DNA from: Octopus vulgaris
Lineage: Eukaryota
Direction of reading: 5' to 3'
Assembly (NCBI GenBank): GCA_951406725.2
Contig: OX597815.1
Span: forward strand, 145,576,001-145,640,000
DNA: 64,000 nucleotides
A model generated the notes under the pieces. That model searched no databases and was not told where the DNA came from. It was given only the letters and a program-made list of their open reading frames with translations. Position numbers and translations under genes: made by a program. Below are positions 1-12,526 of this stretch, in pieces (the stretch's first letter is position 1; each line of letters begins with the position of its first letter).

Positions 1-722
1 CTCGAATTTTGTCATCAAGACATTAGCAAAATTAATTGCCATGAGTGTAACCATGGCGCAACCCTTCATATGGTGGTAAAACTTTTGTCCAAATTTCATT
101 GTGTTACTTTGTAACACAAACCTCAATAATCTACAGAGAAAATTTGATGGAATACTTTTGTTTGACCGCATTTCGAAGGCATCCATGCATGCTTCTACCC
201 CTTCATCGTGGTCAATATTGGGATATAAGAAAGAAACATCCATGGTTACCAAAAACAGTTTTCAACATGGCTTCGGTGCTTAAAAAGTTGTTGATTTTAG
301 ACACAAAATCAAAGGTATCCTGAATATAGGAACTTGATCTTTTTGCGACAGACCGTAGAAAGTTGTCTAGCCACTCCGAAATTTTGAATGTGCAACATTC
401 ATATCCGCTGCAAATTGGGTGCATTGGAGGAAATCTTTCGAACGTTTTGTGTATTTTGGGGAGACCATAAGATATAGATGTTCTTTGTGACCGTAAAATT
501 CTGGATTCGGTCTTATTAATGACATTATTTTACTTCATATCCAGAATTATTTTATCAAGTTCTTCTCTGTAATTGGGGTTTGGATCAACAGGTAATTCTT
601 CATATGACGTTTTGTCGCTTAAAACTTCTTCACAAACCGAAATATACTCACATTTGTCCATAATCACAATGTCGCCTCCCTTATCTGCCATTTTAATAAC
701 AATAGAATCATTATTAGCTAGA
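1..722 (-). pseudogene. Penelope-like retroelement reverse transcriptase fragment (degenerate)
   Basis: Minus strand gives DSIVIKMADKGGDIVIMDK (PLE ADKG motif) and PPMHPICSG...KISEWLDNFLRSVAKRSSSYIQDTFDFVSKIN (PLE RPIxS...SYIxDT). Frameshifts and stops present. Confidence 0.85.
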
Positions 723-734
723 CAATGGAGTGAT

Positions 735-1025
735 AACGATGGAAACTTGATTTATGTTGGTTGTACAACAGAACAATTAAACATAAGATTCAATGGGCAA
801 GAGATATGACGTCAGGCACAATAATAGTATTTCGACAGAACTTGCCGAACATTTTACATCAAACGGCTGCAATTTTGAAAAAGACTTGAAAGTGCATATT
901 CTCAGAAAATATTCTCAATCTGCTACACATTCAGTACTCAAAATGCATGAGGAGAAATGCGTTTGTGAGTTATTGACATAACGTCCTGAATACATGAATA
1001 AAATGGTAGGAGAATTTCATCATAC
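735..1025 (+). pseudogene. Penelope-like GIY-YIG endonuclease fragment, inverted relative to the adjacent RT
   Basis: NLIYVGCTTEQLNIRFNG/KRYDVRH...ELAEHFTSNGCNFEKDLKVHIL...EEKCVCELLT is a frameshifted YVG-T...R...H(F) GIY-YIG pattern. Confidence 0.75.
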
Positions 1026-1097
1026 GGACCGCGAAAGTATGACCCATCGATCTTTTCCGAAACAACTTTCTTGTCTTTTTCTTTTTTCTTTATTTTC

Positions 1098-1144
<47 letters not shown>

Positions 1145-1368
1145 CTTTATACCAGCTGTAAACTTGAAAACTGAAGATTGATGATGTCATTCCATCAACC
1201 TGGGAACGCTGGTTGCCTCGTTCAGATTTTGTATTTGAATTTCTATAATTTCGTATTTCTGTGTACCACTTTTCCTTTTGAGCTTCACAAAGACAGGATA
1301 AACTATCGAAATATTGTTCAACCAATAAAACATCTATTATAATCGCATCGCGCCCGTCGTATTGCCTC

Positions 1369-1399
<31 letters not shown>

Positions 1400-1429
1400 G
1401 AAGAAGAAGAAGAAGAAGAAAGAGAATAA

Positions 1430-2116
1430 GAAATCAATAGCAAAGATAATGCGCTTGAACATTTGGCTGATAGGTGGGAACAAAAACATCTGCATGGCAA
1501 ATATGTGACCTGTAGCAAAGAAGCTGATGTAGGCCAGAAGCACACCCATCAGTGGCTACGGAGCTCAGGGCTAAAGGCAGAGAGTGAAGGCTTTATCTTG
1601 ACTGCCCAAGATCACAACTTATTGACCCGGAACTATCAAGCCAATGTGATGAAAAATAGTATAGATCCAAAGTGCCAATACTGCAACAAAGGGATAAAAA
1701 CAGTCGACCACCTAATCTCTTGATGTAAGGTTTTATCACCTGTAGAGTACAAATCAAGACACGAAAGAGTTGGCAAATATCTATATTGGATAATGTGTCG
1801 GCATTATAAAATCAAAACTGCTGACAAATGGTACAAACACCACTCTGAGGCTGTAACTGAGGGAGAAAATGTAACTATTCTTTGGGTCTTCCCAGTATGT
1901 ATAGATCGGACCATCAAGGCAAATAAACTAGATATTGTTGTGAAAGACAAAAGCAATAAAGTCTGTTTATTGATTGACATGAGCATACCCTGTGACTATA
2001 ATATCTCGGCAAAAGAATTTGCTAATCGAAATCGAAAAGATTTGGCATCTCAAGACAGTTACAATACCAGTGATTGTAGGAGCACTTGGAATTGTGAAAG
2101 AAGAAACCGAAAATTA
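1430..2116 (+). mobile_element. R4/Dong-like (RLE-clade) non-LTR retrotransposon 3' fragment: CCHC zinc knuckle plus restriction-like endonuclease
   Basis: WEQKHLHGKY...WLRSSGLKAESEGFILTAQD...CQYC...TVDHLIS(*)C...RHERVG...ILW.FPV.IDRTIKANKLDIVVKDK...LLIDMSIP...IWHLKTVTIPVIVGALG, with (TAA)n arrays on both sides of the locus. Confidence 0.85.
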
Positions 2117-2388
2117 TGATTCCATGGGTGATTCGTTCAACATCCTTAAACAACCCTTATTCAGGGACCTTTTGAGCGGGATGGGCCACATGGCCTGATG
2201 AAAATTCTAACTGGGCCCCACCTGCAAGATCATGTGCTGTTTATCTTGACATGAGATCACCATGTCGCGCACATATGGTTGTAATGCATGTTCCTGTTGT
2301 ACCCTTATCAGACGGGTAGTCATGATGGGTATACTGGGCTTCGTATATTTTACCCCTGTGTCTGATGGCATGGACTGCTATCTCACTC

Positions 2389-3029
<641 letters not shown>

Positions 3030-3539
3030 ATGTAAGAAGGAAAATTCAGAGCTCGAAACCTATCCACAAACATCGAAAACAAGGACATCCTATGGAGCCA
3101 AAGTTTTACTAACAAAGAATTGGACTGTATCCGAGTAAGTAATACAAACTGAAATTTATTACTATTTTCGAAACGAAATGATGTATTTTGACTCGAATCA
3201 TCTCCACCTCTAACGCAACACATGTAAACATGCGTGAAACATCACGATCATCTCCGACCCCAAACACCATGTACAAAGGAACTACGAAGAAATTAAATGC
3301 CACCGATACTATTCAACCCAAGAATAACAATCAGCGTACGTACATTAAACCTACAACAAAAAATGTACGAAAAACTACACGTGCGAAATAATGTGACAAC
3401 AGAAATAAACGGACCGGTACCCTACGAAAATGACGACCGTCAAAATAATAATAATAATAAATGGACACGTGGGAATAATACGCATACTTCACAGCAGTAT
3501 ACCCAAAAATGAAAATACAACAACACATACATATAAAAT

Positions 3540-3725
3540 ATGGAAGGAAAATAATAGAGATTTAGACTTGGATACAGAAAATTGCACTACTAACTGCACA
3601 ATACGTTCCATACAATAACCATCAGAGCATACAACAAATCACAGCACATACCAAGGCACACAGAGCTGCGCTCGGTAGTGAAGTACGCTATAAAAATAAA
3701 AATAAAACTATGAATAATAATAATA
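3540..3725 (+). mobile_element. 3' tail of an R4/Dong-like LINE ending in (AAT)n
   Basis: IQKIALL-like terminal peptide followed by a short 3' UTR (cagagctgcgctcggtagtgaag...ataaaaataaaa) and AAT repeats. Confidence 0.5.
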
Positions 3726-4059
3726 ATAATGATAATAATAATAATGATGCTGATGAAGATGTTGCTAATGATAATGATGACGATGAGGATTTTAAAGCTA
3801 TAAAAATTAAACCAAATGAAGTGAAAATCAATTGTAAGCAATAACAATAACAAAAACAACAACAATAAGATTGAAGTGAAACATCGATATTCGTGCATTT
3901 TCATCTATACCAGCCTCATTTAACACCATTTTATGGGTCAAATGAGCTTTCGAGCCAACCCTTTCAGCTGAAAATAACTTCCTTCCTTCTTATTACTCAC
4001 CGGGCATCGAAATGCTTTGGGAATACTGCAACGTCATTGAAACAATGTAAGATACTTAC

Positions 4060-4223
4060 GTTAGCTGCAAGTGAAGTTTTTCGATTTTAAGAAGAGCAAG
4101 GTCTAATTCGTGTCGTGCCTTCCACAACGATGTTTCACAGAGTGGATCTTTGCATCGGTGCCGTCTGCTCCTTTCTATCGCTTCTCTCACTGATTGTTCA
4201 AATGTCAATGATTTTCCCATACT
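4060..4223 (-). CDS. Nmdar2: Next coding exon of the same NMDA receptor subunit (proximal cytoplasmic tail); absent from the ORF track
   Basis: Read manually: tcctttctttttgttAG|AGT ATG GGA AAA TCA... = [54 protein letters not shown], ending AC|gtaagt. The phase-0 start joins the previous exon in frame (…GLVSL|SMGKSL…), as in the conserved protostome NR2 motif SMGKSLTF...HRC.DP.C...LWK..HELD. Confidence 0.92.
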
Positions 4224-5819
4224 CTAACAAAAAGAAAGGAACAAGGACACTTTTGAGAGACCACATCAGTAAAATGTTTATATAAGAAACAGAATGTGAG
4301 TGAATGTATTTCATTTCAAGCATTAACGTGTGTGTGAGTGCATAAACCAAAAATAACCAAACATACAGCAGCTATTTACAAGCTTTTCCTTCCTCTATAC
4401 CTATCGCTGGCAGTGTTGGAGTTCCCGTGCGCTGGGTATAGGATCAAATGGTTGGATATTATAGAACAGACAATAAACATAAATAACGAAAGCATTAACT
4501 GCCGGTAGGGACAACGTATTTCGTTATGCAACTGTAATAAACTACCAAATATAAGGAGTTTTGCCGCAATTATTGATCGCATTACTAACTTAAAAAAAAA
4601 ATCTGTTTTCATCATCATACTTGAAAGTACCTTCAGACTCGTTACCATCATTCCAAAGGCCATTAGCTTACTAGCTTCATCAAAATTCAATTAAGTTTCC
4701 TTGTAAACAGTACAACACCCCTCCCCAAAAAAACAACCAGATCAAGGAGAGTGTGTGCGAAGCAATTAATACTTTCAATTTATGCCAAATTAAACCATGA
4801 TGTTTACCACTAGTTACAACTAAACCAGCAAGGTCGAATTCAGAAACTTTTCTTTCGAAAAGTTCAATTTTTTTCTCAACAGATAAACGTGCATAAATCT
4901 GGATTATTTCTAAATTTCAGAATTTATCAGATGAATGTACATTTGCATTGAAATATCTGCGATTACGCAATCATCTATATTCCTTTAAAGAACTCCTGAA
5001 TATTTCAGTGTTCGTCTATATTTCAGTTCACTAATCACAATATTTTTCAAATCATATTGACGTTGATTCATCTGAGTTAAATGAGAATAATTCTGTGCCA
5101 TAACCAAACGTTTATCTCAAATAGCTTTTCTAAAAAAAGCAATTTTAACGATAGCATTCATGGAAAAATCCATCAATAGCGACTAATTTCAATACCGTTT
5201 CTTCTGTAGATTCGGTCTGTTTTTCATAAAGAAGATTATATCATGTTGGTCGATTTTGTTCGTGTGAGGAATGTCTATTTCAATTGTACTGCTGTCTGAG
5301 AAGATGTCTTCGTAAACGCTCTTCAAATGGAATAAAAGAATGCTAGTTGGACCACCCAAGCACTTCGAAACAGTCCTGCAATTGATAATTAGCTTTTAAG
5401 ACATGCAGCTGGAAACTTTCAAGAAAGAGAATATGTCTGTGAATTTCCTATTGAATTTTTTGGTATATTCCCCGGGATTTTCAAGACAGTGGAATCCCGC
5501 AAATATTCTTATACAGAACGCATAGAGTTGCAACAAATACAAGACCCGTCAGAAGAACTATCGATTCCGACATATCCCCATACTTAGATGAATAATTAAT
5601 TTATCGATTCTGGAAAGTTGAGAGCAAAGTTGGCCTCAGTGAGGAATGAACTCAGAACACAAGAGACAGGAACAATAATAACGTATGGCATTTCGTATGG
5701 TAATCTAATGATTCTACCAATTCATATTTGTATTTGTCAGAGAATGAAAAAGTAGGGAAAAAATGACCAAGAAAGTATCTTTTAAACTTTACTCTGCTCT
5801 AAATACTCCCTCGTTCCTA

Positions 5820-6327
5820 ACTGTTACTAGCAAGGTTTCCTTACTTTGGGCCAGGTAACTCACTAAGCTCTCGAGTACGATACGCATGCAGTCTTACATA
5901 CATATCGGTCCCCTTCCTCCATTTTCTCTCTTCGTGTATAGGCCGTCGGTGTCTGCACATAGATGATGGGCTCCATGCACCGTCAGGAGCTTTCCTCACT
6001 AACTGTCCATCTGCTTTAGCTCTTCGTCTGTCCACTTCAGGATTTCAGCGCCATACCTGATACTGTTCCCAAGGATACAACAATAATTGGTACTACCTTC
6101 ATATTCTTCATTTCCCATAGCCGGGCTATTTTGTACTTAAGAAGGTTGTATTTATTTTTTCGCCTTCCTTCTTGACTATTCGTGGGTCAAAGGGGCATGC
6201 AACACCAACTATGTAACATATGTGGTGCACTTTATTGACCACCACTAGCTCCGGTCTGTTATGCTCAAGCACCTGCTCTATTTGGAATGGGAAATCCCTG
6301 ATGATTTTGCTAGTCTCCGACTCCGCC

Positions 6328-6328
<1 letters not shown>
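5820..6328 (-). mobile_element. RLE-clade LINE 3' fragment (endonuclease plus 3' UTR)
   Basis: ESETSKIIRDFPFQIEQVLEHNRPELVVVNKVHHICYIVGVACPFDPRIVKKEGEKI matches the RLE (W)D..IQ.D..L.HNRPD...IDVA.P.D...KE.EK pattern. Abuts (AAT)n. Confidence 0.75.
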
Positions 6329-6416
<88 letters not shown>

Positions 6417-6662
6417 TATTATTATTATTATAGACGTCGCATAGTATACAATATCGTGAAGTTGTTGACTGAAAATATTGTGTCTACCGGGGGTTTCTAC
6501 TGTTTGTCAAGTCACAACAACGACCTCAGACAGGCAGTACTTTACGCAGTATGGGTGCTGACTTTTGCAATACATTCAGATTGTAGGGTATTTCTAAGGT
6601 TTTTCAGACGTTTATTTTCAGATTGGGTGGTATTGAACCCAATACTCCCATGAAAATAGGGA

Positions 6663-6744
<82 letters not shown>

Positions 6745-7270
6745 TTTATTTTTATCATTACTATTCTTATTATTGTTATTATTATTATTACTATTAACAT
6801 TATTATTATTATCGTGTTTGTTATTATTAGAGAATAAATCAGAAATTGCTTTATGAGAATTTGTGATTAATAATTCATGAAGGTGCATGACATCTGAAAA
6901 TATTTTGAAACATCTCCAACATAGACAATTACAATATTTGGTATTGAATTATAATGAATTCATACAAACATACATGCACTTAATATATTAACTCAAATAC
7001 ATATATGCATGCATGTATACTTATGTACATTCATACATACATACATACATACATACATACATACATACATACATACATACATACATACACTCGTACATAC
7101 ATACATACATACATGCATACACACATATATACAGGAATACTAACATACATCCATATACATGCATACACATACACTCACACATCCACACGTATATACATTC
7201 ATAAGTTCACACGTACGGTATGTCTTATAATACATACTTTTATCGACAGGTACGTACATACACATGACGG

Positions 7271-7307
<37 letters not shown>

Positions 7308-7472
7308 ATACATACATACATACATAAATACATTCGTACATACAAGCATACAAATAGTATATACATACATATATACATACATACACATACCTAGGTATAT
7401 ACGTGTATATGTCATGTATACATACATGCATGTATATATACATATATATGTATATATACATTCGTGCATACT

Positions 7473-7506
<34 letters not shown>

Positions 7507-7534
7507 CGAATACACACACACACACACACAGACG

Positions 7535-7566
<32 letters not shown>

Positions 7567-7700
7567 CATATATATATACCAACATACATATGATTATACA
7601 TACGCGCATATAATTGTACGTATATACGTAGGTAAACGTAAGCATACAAAAAGCAGATACATCCGCAAATATACCAAAACATATTGTCCCATATATTCTT
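6329..7700. repeat. Compound microsatellite block ((AAT)n, (TACA)n, (TA)n, (CA)n), representative of dozens across the window
   Basis: Directly visible. Such blocks account for most of the poly-IY, HT, VC, LSIY and NN ORFs in the track. Confidence 0.95.
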
Positions 7701-7871
7701 AACCCAATCGATTTATGGTACAATGAACGAAGGTTTGTAGAAGGCTCTACAGATACTTCAATTTAGGTTCTTGGAGTAGGCATATGCACGCAACCAGCCC
7801 TACATTTGGTGTTCACACATTCGCATGAAAAGTAAAGAAAGAGACTCACGTTTGTGTAGTAAAGTGGTATA

Positions 7872-8227
7872 TACCGTATTTGATGGCCTATAACACGCTC
7901 GAATGCATAGGACGCACCCTAGCCTAGGCTATACTTTTGTAAAATAAATTACCACTAAGATAATGTTTTAATTCCTCCACTTACCTCTATAACTTTATGT
8001 TATTACCGGTAATTATAAGCAGTTTATTGCATCCACATTCGATATAAACATACCGTAGGCGATTGTTCATCAATAAATGGCAGCACACGATTTGTAAACA
8101 TAAATACCATTTTGAACGAGTTTTGAGCGTACATTTTGAACGAGTTTTGAGTGCATTGGATGCAGGGGGATTTTTAAAACCATTTTTGGGTAAGAAAGGT
8201 GTGTCTGAGGGGCCATCATATACGGTA
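7872..8227. mobile_element. Tc1/mariner-superfamily (pogo/Tc2-like) MITE
   Basis: Imperfect terminal inverted repeats TACCGTATTTGATGGCC... / ...GGCCATCATATACGGTA with TA ends, and an internal 20-bp direct repeat cattttgaacgagttttgag. Confidence 0.6.
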
Positions 8228-8307
8228 CATTCCTTTATGAGTATGTGTGTACGTGTGCATATAATTATACATGGACCTACAAATGTCGCTCATATTCCTT
8301 TCTAGTC

Positions 8308-8510
8308 TAGGCACAAGGCTCGGAATTTTGGGGAAGAGGGTCAGTTGATCAGATCGACCCCAGCACGCAACTGGTACTTAATTTATTGATCCCGAAAGAA
8401 TGAAAGGCAAAGTCGACCACGGCAGAATTAGACCGCAGAACGTAAAGACAGACGAGATACTGCGATGCATTTCGCCCGGCGTGTAAGCGTTTCTGCCAGC
8501 TCGCTGCCTT
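8308..8510 (-). mobile_element. tRNA-derived SINE, family 1
   Basis: Minus-strand head ggcagcgagctggcagaaacg...gccgggcgaaatgc..., body gcctttcattctttcgggatcaataaattaagtaccag. Homologous to the copies at 10322, 11843, 33078 and 54276. Confidence 0.85.
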
Positions 8511-8812
8511 AATGTCGCTCATATTGACTTATGCAAGTTAATGAATGTACATGAGTAGCTACAGCATATACCACTTTCAAATTTACGACTTAGGATACTA
8601 TTATACTGCACCAATTTGGTATTAAGAGGCCCTAGTGTTCAAGTGTCTACCTAAAGAAATCATAACCTAAAAACGACTTATGGAAAAACAAAAGACGAAG
8701 GCAGGTGTATGAACGACAAGCAAGTGTATTAGTTTAATACTCGGGAAAATGAAAAAGTCTTTTACGTTTCGAGCCTACGCTCTTCAGCAGAAATGAATAG
8801 GAGGAAATAAAC

Positions 8813-8875
<63 letters not shown>

Positions 8876-8922
8876 GAGAGAGAGAGAGAAGGGTGTTAGT
8901 TTTCAGCGGTCCAACATGGCGA

Positions 8923-8955
<33 letters not shown>

Positions 8956-10321
8956 TATCAAACGTGCACAAAAGAGAGAAGCAGAAGATCGTAGACAAAA
9001 CACACATGTAAATATGTTCGTAGATACGCTCACTTATCCTACTCTGAGACATGGTAAGACAACGAGTAAGAGACGCTCACACGGTCTCACATAAACAGAT
9101 ACACGCCGATAATACAAAGACTTAAGAAATACATCGAAACGCATACACATACATAAATGTATACCATCCTAAACTTACAACCAGACACTCAAACACATAC
9201 TTGTACATACCTATACACAGATACATTCAGGCAATCACATTTTGATAGGAGGACAAAGAGGGGAATGAGAGAAAGAAATGCACATACGAGTATATATACA
9301 TACTAAGGAAGGTAAACATATTAAAGCATTTAATGTATTTTAAATACATACACAGACTACTCCCCCTACACATGAGTATTTCAATAATTCACCAAATTGA
9401 AATGTTAAAGTTTAAAAACGAAATTATTTTCCGTGTAATGAAATTTGGAAATTTAATTATTGGTTTCGTGCTAAGAAATTAGGTGATGGTATTTTTTTGT
9501 ATTGCACAGTGATGTCGATTCAATCAACTGCGTTATATAACTGGTATTTAAAAAAAAATATTCCAGAAGGATGAGGGGACGAGTGCATGCAGTGATGGTT
9601 GTGCTAAGCACAGTAGCCAATTGGCTCTCATTTGAGCTCAAGTATGACTATAATGAAGGAGTTGGATTCGCAAATAAATGCTTTCAAATTCCTTCCAACA
9701 AGAACAACAATTCAAATCCCGCCGGGGACAATAGCTGTTCGACATAGCTCTACAAGTCAGAGATGTTTGGATACTGTATGAGTATAGAACGGTTTTGTTG
9801 CTTTGCTTGCATTTCGAACAGTTTCATACCTACAGAGTTTATCTCGAACCAGGAGTGTCTTGTGAGTGGCGCTGCCAGGTCAGTAATTTCTGGAAGTTAT
9901 CCAAAGAAGTCACCGGCTTGAAAGACCTCCCAAAACAGACAAGAACGTCATTGTCCTTACCCATCGCTACTCCTCTGTATATTGCAAATGGGGAATTTCT
10001 ACCGGCCGACCACGTCCGAAGAGAGCGGTGAGTATCTGTCGACATTCCAAGTAGAAGGCGCCCGAAGAGAACAAAATCTTTGTAACATAGGTATGTAATG
10101 TATCCATGTTGCACACACACACACACACACACATACACTCACACACACACACACATACACACACACCACACACACACACACAAACACACACACATACGCA
10201 CGCACTGGGGTCGATTTGATCGATTGAACAAAGCGGTATTCCCCCACGGTCGCAGTTCAATGATTGAAACGAGTGAAAGAAAAAAAATATATCATATGAT
10301 ATAATATAACGGTTTCAAATT

Positions 10322-10692
10322 TTGCCACAAGGGCAGCTATTTTGGGGGAGGGGACCAGTCGATTACGTCGACCCCAGTACGCAACTGGTATTTGATTATC
10401 GACCCCAAAACTGACCTTGCTGGAATTTGAACACAGAAGTTGAAGACAGACGAAATACCTATTTCATTACCACCCACAAGGGGCTAAACACAGAGGGGAC
10501 AAACAAGGACAGACAAACGGATTAAGTCGATTATATCGACCCCAGTGCGTAACTGGTACTTTATTTATCGATGCCGAAATGATGAAGAGCAAAGTCGACC
10601 TTGGCGGAATTTGAACTCAGAACGTAACGGCAGACGAAATACCGCTAAGCATTTCGCCCGGCGTGCTAGCGTTTCTGCCAGCTCACCGCCTT
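10322..10692 (-). mobile_element. tRNA-derived SINE, family 1 (composite of two copies)
   Basis: Head GGCGGTGAGCTGGCAGAAACG, B-box GAGTTCAAATTCC and the central gtcgactttgc...gataaa...gtaccag domain. Lies ~60 nt from the M4 exon donor. Confidence 0.85.
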
Positions 10693-10751
10693 ATATGTGA
10701 TATAACATAACATAGCCTAGTCTAATGTAATATATGACATAATCTACTTAC

Positions 10752-10987
10752 CAAGCTCACTAATCCGCAGCAACCACATTTATCCCATTTCTGTAAAGTT
10801 TTCCGTCCAAATCGGAAATAGAAATGTTCAACTACCAATAGAATGCTGCCCAGTGCCATGCCGCAAGCCAATAAAATGAAAGCAGACGTAAAGTTGAGAA
10901 TTCCCAGAGAGTTGCTAGATTCACCAGTTTGGTCCCGCTTCTTACAGGCTCCTGCTAACCAGAATTTCTGGAGACGTTCCATTTCAC
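10752..10987 (-). CDS. Nmdar2: Coding exon of NMDA receptor subunit 2 (GluN2/Nmdar2-like): end of S2 ligand-binding domain, M4 helix, juxtamembrane Cys cluster
   Basis: Translates (G)EMERLQKFWLAGACKKRDQTGESSNSLGILNFTSAFILLACGMALGSILLVVEHFYFRFGRKTLQKWDKCGCCGLVSL, matching the invertebrate NR2 pattern G-[DE]-x-ERL...W..G.C...L...NF.SAF.LL..G...LL..EH.YF...CC.L.SL. Acceptor with polypyrimidine tract tttcttctacttttgtctttcAG (AG = plus 10988-10989) and donor TTG|gtaagt at 10751. 236 nt, phase 1 to phase 0. Confidence 0.93.
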
Positions 10988-11100
10988 CTGAAAGACAAAA
11001 GTAGAAGAAAGAAACATATTAAACAACAACAACAACAATGCTGTTCTATATTTAAGAGATGAGGAATTATGCACATTATTTTTCGATGTTATATGCCCAC

Positions 11101-11345
11101 GGGGTATATGGCGTAGTGGTTAAGAGCGCTGGCTACTAACCACAAGATTCCGAGTTCGATTCCAGGCAGTGACCTGAATTATAGTAATAATAATAATAAC
11201 ATCGAAAAATACTTTAGGAATGAAAACCCAGGTTCGAAATTTCCCCAAGACACCTGATGAAGGCTGGAGGGTATATCAGCCGAAACGTTGTGTTAACAAC
11301 AAACAAGATGAGGACAAATATCCGTCGAATGTAAATAATATAAAC
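11101..11345 (+). mobile_element. tRNA-headed element carrying a minimal hammerhead ribozyme motif in its 3' half
   Basis: A-box TGGCGTAGTGG (11109-11119), B-box GAGTTCGATTC (11152-11162), an (AAT)n linker, then a repeat body with an HHR at 11249-11294. The 3' body recurs at 22600-22875. Confidence 0.7.
11249..11294 (+). ncRNA. Minimal type-I hammerhead ribozyme motif
   Basis: GACAC-CUGAUGA-a-GGCUG(gaggguauau)CAGCC-GAAA-CG-UU-GUGUU: stem I GACAC/GUGUU, stem II GGCUG/CAGCC, palindromic ACGU helix III. Confidence 0.7.
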
Positions 11346-11477
11346 AACAAGAATGGCTTCAAATTTTGGCACAAGGCCAGCAATTTCGGGAGAGGGGCAA
11401 GTCGATTACATCAACCCCAGTGTTCAACTAATTCTTAATTTTATTGACCTTTAAAGAATGAAAGGCAAAGTCGACCC

Positions 11478-11623
11478 CAGGACTTATTCATTGTAAGCCT
11501 AGTACTTATTCTATCGGTCTCTTTTTTGCCGAACCGCTAAGTTACGGGTACGTAAGCACACCAGCATCAGTTGTCAAGCGATGTTTTTTTTGGGGGGGGA
11601 GGGGGGAAAACACAGACACACAA

Positions 11624-11692
<69 letters not shown>

Positions 11693-11842
11693 CATACGAC
11701 GTGCTTCTTTCAGTTTCCGTCAACCAAATCCACTCACAAGGCTTTGTAGTAGAAGCTATAGTAGAAGACACTTGCCCAAGGAGCCACGCAGTAGGACTGA
11801 ACCCGGAACCATGTGGTTCGTAAGCAAGCTACTTACCACACA
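11478..11842 (-). mobile_element. SINE family 2
   Basis: Reverse complement of the 34766 family: head tgtgtggtaagtagcttgc, body and tail. Confidence 0.85.
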
Positions 11843-12035
11843 CATGGGCAGCAACTTTGGGGAATAAGTCGATTACATCGACCCTAGTAATCAACTGGTA
11901 CTCATTTTTATCGATCCTGAGAGTATAAAAGGTAAAGTCGACCTCGGCGGAATTTGAACTCAGAACGGAGTGGCAGACGAAATACCGCTAAGCATTTCAC
12001 CCGGCGTGCTAAAGATTCTGCTAGCTCGCCGCCTT
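11843..12035 (-). mobile_element. tRNA-derived SINE, family 1
   Basis: Same head (ggcggcgagctagcagaatc), B-box gagttcaaattcc and central domain. A further 3' fragment lies at 11367-11475. Confidence 0.85.
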
Positions 12036-12526
12036 AATAATCAATATTAGCAACAACTACCCCAACAATGACAACAATATTCCCCCTCCATCTTACAGTT
12101 TTAGGGAGAGAAATATAAATATAAATAGAATCCTGTAAAAATAAAGAAAAAAGATTAGCTCAAGTTGAACCAATCCCTGTGACCAAGGTTCCCTGTTAAA
12201 ACTATATTACATTCCTTTTCTCCTAAATCGGTTATAGGGATCTGTAACATGTTGCAGGCTTTTAGGTGAGGCTTAATGGATTTTGATAAAAAATAAACCG
12301 TCTCTCTGCAATGTCATTTTATAGGATTAAAAGAATTAAAAAAAAGACACAGCTTTCGATAAGTATTCACCTGTCAGTAAAATACACACATGAACACAAA
12401 CACACATAGATACACAGAAACGCAGACACACAGAGAACATGCACACACACACAGACGCACACACATACACAGACACACACAGACATCATACACACAGATG
12501 CACGTGTGTGTGTTTGTGTGTGTGTG

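Noticed and set aside
10722-10982. 86-aa ORF as a standalone small membrane protein
   Set aside because: It is an internal exon with strong splice sites. The Met start and VSRLCHILH end are artefacts of ORF calling.
11101-11174. Possible tRNA gene (loop CTACTAA)
   Set aside because: A and B boxes are present but the acceptor and T stems do not pair properly, and it is embedded in a repeat. Treated as a SINE head.
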